Shown here in pieces: positions 59,457-61,933 of a DNA stretch of 61,933 nt. The notes beneath the pieces were generated by a model that saw only the letters and a program-made list of their open reading frames with translations, did not search any database and had not been told where the DNA came from. The DNA comes from an uncultured bacterium. GTDB taxonomy: Bacteria; Chloroflexota; Limnocylindria; Limnocylindrales; Limnocylindraceae. Both the position numbers and the translations under genes were made by a program. The stretch is taken from assembly GCA_963923845.1 (NCBI GenBank), contig CAWULR010000001.1, forward strand, positions 1 to 61,933, read 5' to 3'. Every line of letters begins with the position of its first letter. Position 1 is the first letter of the stretch.

Positions 59457-61439
59457 GTGGTCCCACGGTCGCTCCGCAACGGTGCCGTGATGCTGATGCT
59501 CCTCTTGGGGACCGTGCTCCTCCTCGGCAGCGTGCTCCTCTCGCCGACTCCTGCCCCGAGCAAGGGCTATTCGGAGTTCCTCGGCGATGTGAAGGCGGGT
59601 CGCGTCGACAGCGTCGTGCAGCAGGACCAGACCCTCTCCATTACCTTGGCCGGGACGCCGCCCGAGACCTACCAGGTCCAGGTTCCGACGCAGCTCACCG
59701 ATGTCTACGGCGACCTGCTCGCCGCGGCGACCGCAGGGGGGCGCAACCCCGAGAGCATCGCCTTCAGCGCGAAGGCGCCGGACGACTCCGGCCAGCTGTT
59801 CAGCCTGTTGATCAGCGCCTTCCTTCCCGTGCTGTTGATCGGCGGACTCTTCATCTTCATGATGCGCAGCGCGCAGGGGCAGAACAACCAGGCGATGAGC
59901 TTCGGCAAGAGCAAGGCGAAGATGTTCGTCGCGAACAAGACTCCGGTCACCTTCGCCGAGGTCGCCGGCGTGGAAGAGGCGAAGGCCGAGCTGGCCGAAG
60001 TGGTCGAATTCCTCAAGTTCCCAGAGCGCTTCGAGGCGCTCGGCGCAAAGATTCCGAAGGGCGTCTTGCTCATCGGCTCGCCGGGCACGGGGAAGACGCT
60101 GCTCGCGCGCGCCGTCGCCGGAGAGGCGGGCGTGCCATTCTTCAGCATCTCCGGATCCGAATTCGTGGAGATGTTCGTCGGTGTCGGTGCGTCGCGGGTC
60201 CGCGACCTGTTCGAGCAGGCGAAGCGCAACGCACCGTGCATCGTCTTCATCGACGAGATCGATGCGGTCGGCCGCCAGCGTGGCGCCGGACTCGGCGGCT
60301 CGCACGACGAGCGCGAACAGACGTTGAACCAGATCCTCGTGGAGATGGATGGCTTCGAGACGGGAACGAACATCATCATCGTCGCCGCAACGAACCGTCC
60401 GGACGTCTTGGATCCTGCGTTGCTGCGACCGGGTCGATTCGATCGACAGGTCATCCTCGACCGACCAGACCTGAAGGGTCGCCTCGCCATCCTGAAGGTG
60501 CACGTGAAAGGGAAGCCGCTCGACAAGACGGTCAACCTCGAGGAGATCGCACGCCGTTCACCGGGGTTCTCCGGTGCCGACCTCGCCAATCTCATGAACG
60601 AGGCGGCAATCTTGGCGGCGAGACGCAGCAAGCGCGTGGTCGGCATGGACGAGTTCGCCGAGGCACTCGATCGCGTCATGGCCGGACCGCAGCGGAAGAG
60701 TCGCCTGATCACGGAGCCGGAGAAGCAGATCATCGCGTATCACGAGGGTGGCCATGCGGTGGTCGGGCGCATCCTCGAGAAGTGCGATCCGGTGAGCAAG
60801 GTCACCATCATCAGCCGTGGCATGGCACTCGGCTACACGATGAACCTCCCGACGGAGGATCGCTACCTGCAGAGCAAGAGCGAGTTCGAGGACAAGATCG
60901 CCGCGATGCTCGGGGGCAACGTGGCCGAGCAGCTCGTCTTCGGCGATACCACGACTGGCGCGTCGAACGACATCGAGAAGGCGACGGATCTCGCTCGGAA
61001 GATGGTGACCCGCTTCGGCATGTCGGAGAAGCTCGGTACCGTCACGCTCGGTCGTCAGGACGAGATGATCTTCCTCGGGCGCGAGATGTCAGAGCAGAAG
61101 AACTACTCTGATGCCGTCGCGAAGCAGATCGACGAAGAGGTTCGCGCCATCATCGACCGAGGCGCTGCGAGGGCGCGCGAGGTGCTCACCGCGCACCGTG
61201 GTCGCCTCGATGCGCTGGCTGCGAAGCTGATCGCGGAGGAGACGGTGGAAGGCGAGGCGTTCGAAGCGCTCTTCTCGGACCTTCCGGCGAAGCCTGCTGC
61301 CTATTCGGACCTCATCGAGCGCCTCCGCTCCGCCGGCGTTGCCATCCCCGATCCCGAACAGGGAGAGGCCGCGGGGAGTGCTGCGACGAAGGGTGCAACG
61401 CCGACCACGGGAGGGGCCGCCGCAGGGCAGCCCGCCTGA
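59457..61439 (+). CDS. ftsH: ATP-dependent zinc metalloprotease FtsH
   Basis: Two N-terminal TMs. Walker [12 protein letters not shown] region. Zinc site [11 protein letters not shown] start with a GAGGAGG SD 6 nt upstream. Confidence 0.95.
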   Translation: MVPRSLRNGAVMLMLLLGTVLLLGSVLLSPTPAPSKGYSEFLGDVKAGRVDSVVQQDQTLSITLAGTPPETYQVQVPTQLTDVYGDLLAAATAGGRNPESIAFSAKAPDDSGQLFSLLISAFLPVLLIGGLFIFMMRSAQGQNNQAMSFGKSKAKMFVANKTPVTFAEVAGVEEAKAELAEVVEFLKFPERFEALGAKIPKGVLLIGSPGTGKTLLARAVAGEAGVPFFSISGSEFVEMFVGVGASRVRDLFEQAKRNAPCIVFIDEIDAVGRQRGAGLGGSHDEREQTLNQILVEMDGFETGTNIIIVAATNRPDVLDPALLRPGRFDRQVILDRPDLKGRLAILKVHVKGKPLDKTVNLEEIARRSPGFSGADLANLMNEAAILAARRSKRVVGMDEFAEALDRVMAGPQRKSRLITEPEKQIIAYHEGGHAVVGRILEKCDPVSKVTIISRGMALGYTMNLPTEDRYLQSKSEFEDKIAAMLGGNVAEQLVFGDTTTGASNDIEKATDLARKMVTRFGMSEKLGTVTLGRQDEMIFLGREMSEQKNYSDAVAKQIDEEVRAIIDRGAARAREVLTAHRGRLDALAAKLIAEETVEGEAFEALFSDLPAKPAAYSDLIERLRSAGVAIPDPEQGEAAGSAATKGATPTTGGAAAGQPA

Positions 61440-61933
61440 TGCCCTACGCTCCGTCGCTCAACTGGGCGCCGCTCGGTGGCCCGGAAGAGGCCCAGATCGT
61501 TGCCGCCCATGGCGCACGAATGAAGCGCTACGCAGACTTCCTGAGCATCCCGAGCGTCTCGGCGGAGCCGAATCATGCAGCGGACTGCCGAACGGCGGCC
61601 GAGTGGCTCGCTGGAGAGCTGCGTCGGATCGGTGCACAGCGCGTCGAGGTGAGCGAGACCGGCGGCCACCCGATCGTCGTCGGTGAGCGAATCGAGGACC
61701 CGACCCTCCCCACAATCGTCGTGTACGGACACTACGACGTCCAGCCAGGCGATCCGCTCGATCTCTGGAAGACGAGCCCGTTCGAGCCGATCGTGCGCGA
61801 CGGGCGAATGCTGGGTCGCGGCTCTGCGGACGACAAGGGACAGATCGTGATCCACCTTGCGGCGCTGGAGGCGCTCCTGAGCACGCGAGGTCGGCTCCCA
61901 GTCAACGTGAAGTATCTCTTCGAAGGCGAAGAG
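61439..61933 (+). CDS. M20-family dipeptidase (5' part; runs off the window end)
   Basis: Not in the ORF track because there is no stop before the window end. My translation from ATG 61439 (TGATG junction with ftsH) gives MPYAPSLNW...SIPSVSAEP...VVYGHYDVQPGDPLDLW...GRGSADDKGQ...KYLFEGEE, which are typical M20 blocks. Confidence 0.75.
   Translation, partial: MPYAPSLNWAPLGGPEEAQIVAAHGARMKRYADFLSIPSVSAEPNHAADCRTAAEWLAGELRRIGAQRVEVSETGGHPIVVGERIEDPTLPTIVVYGHYDVQPGDPLDLWKTSPFEPIVRDGRMLGRGSADDKGQIVIHLAALEALLSTRGRLPVNVKYLFEGEE

Overview
Very GC-rich bacterial chromosomal segment (by eye two thirds or more G+C; not computed). It is gene-dense: about 60 protein genes and 3 tRNAs. Adjacent genes are very often joined by 1- or 4-nt start/stop overlaps (ATGA, GTGA, TGATG). 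Many operon-leading genes have a TANNNT hexamer 6-7 nt before the start codon and so look leaderless. The style fits a high-GC Terrabacteria lineage (Actinomycetota- or Chloroflexota-like); I cannot resolve it further without a database search.

Gene content, left to right:
- AzgA-type purine permease.
- Two-gene carotenoid module (UbiA lycopene-elongase-like gene plus a CrtI/CrtD-family desaturase).
- J-domain protein, lipoprotein, trxA.
- Split methylmalonyl-CoA mutase B12-binding subunit plus meaB.
- Secreted SGNH hydrolase, tRNA-Lys(CUU), carA-carB.
- A nearly gap-free seven-gene operon: M16 peptidase pair, mini PfkB-like protein, TPR-rhomboid, unknown protein, MBL hydrolase, degenerate secretion-ATPase-like protein.
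- Class II aldolase-family gene.
- potADBC polyamine importer coupled to a class III aminotransferase.
- Mrp/ApbC, then two holin-X-like membrane proteins, then tRNA-Leu(UAG).
- tig-clpP-clpX-valS-fmdB.
- PGDH-like dehydrogenase.
- DUF4446 protein, a 1066-aa UvrD-type helicase fused to a 4-Cys RecB/Cas4-like nuclease, and a 4-TM protein.
- Agmatinase-family gene, SAM methyltransferase, murI, MTA/SAH-nucleosidase-family gene, FtsB-like gene.
- Three ALDH-family genes, one lacking the catalytic domain.
- Nucleoside salvage island: deoC, add, BMP-type ABC importer, nucleoside hydrolase.
- LMW-PTP, tRNA-Met(CAU), ftsH, and a 5'-partial M20 peptidase.

I saw no transposase, integrase, CRISPR array, rRNA, reverse transcriptase or phage module.

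Nothing here is a clear-cut new system. The best candidates for a second look are:
- the DUF4446 / helicase-nuclease / membrane-protein cassette (37468-41611);
- the seven-gene protease/pseudo-enzyme operon (13525-20124);
- the ALDH plus catalytic-domain-less ALDH pair;
- a leaderless double mini-ORF cascade in front of the aldolase gene;
- a PyrR-site-like hairpin in the carA leader.

All family assignments come from motifs read by eye in the supplied translations. No searches were run.
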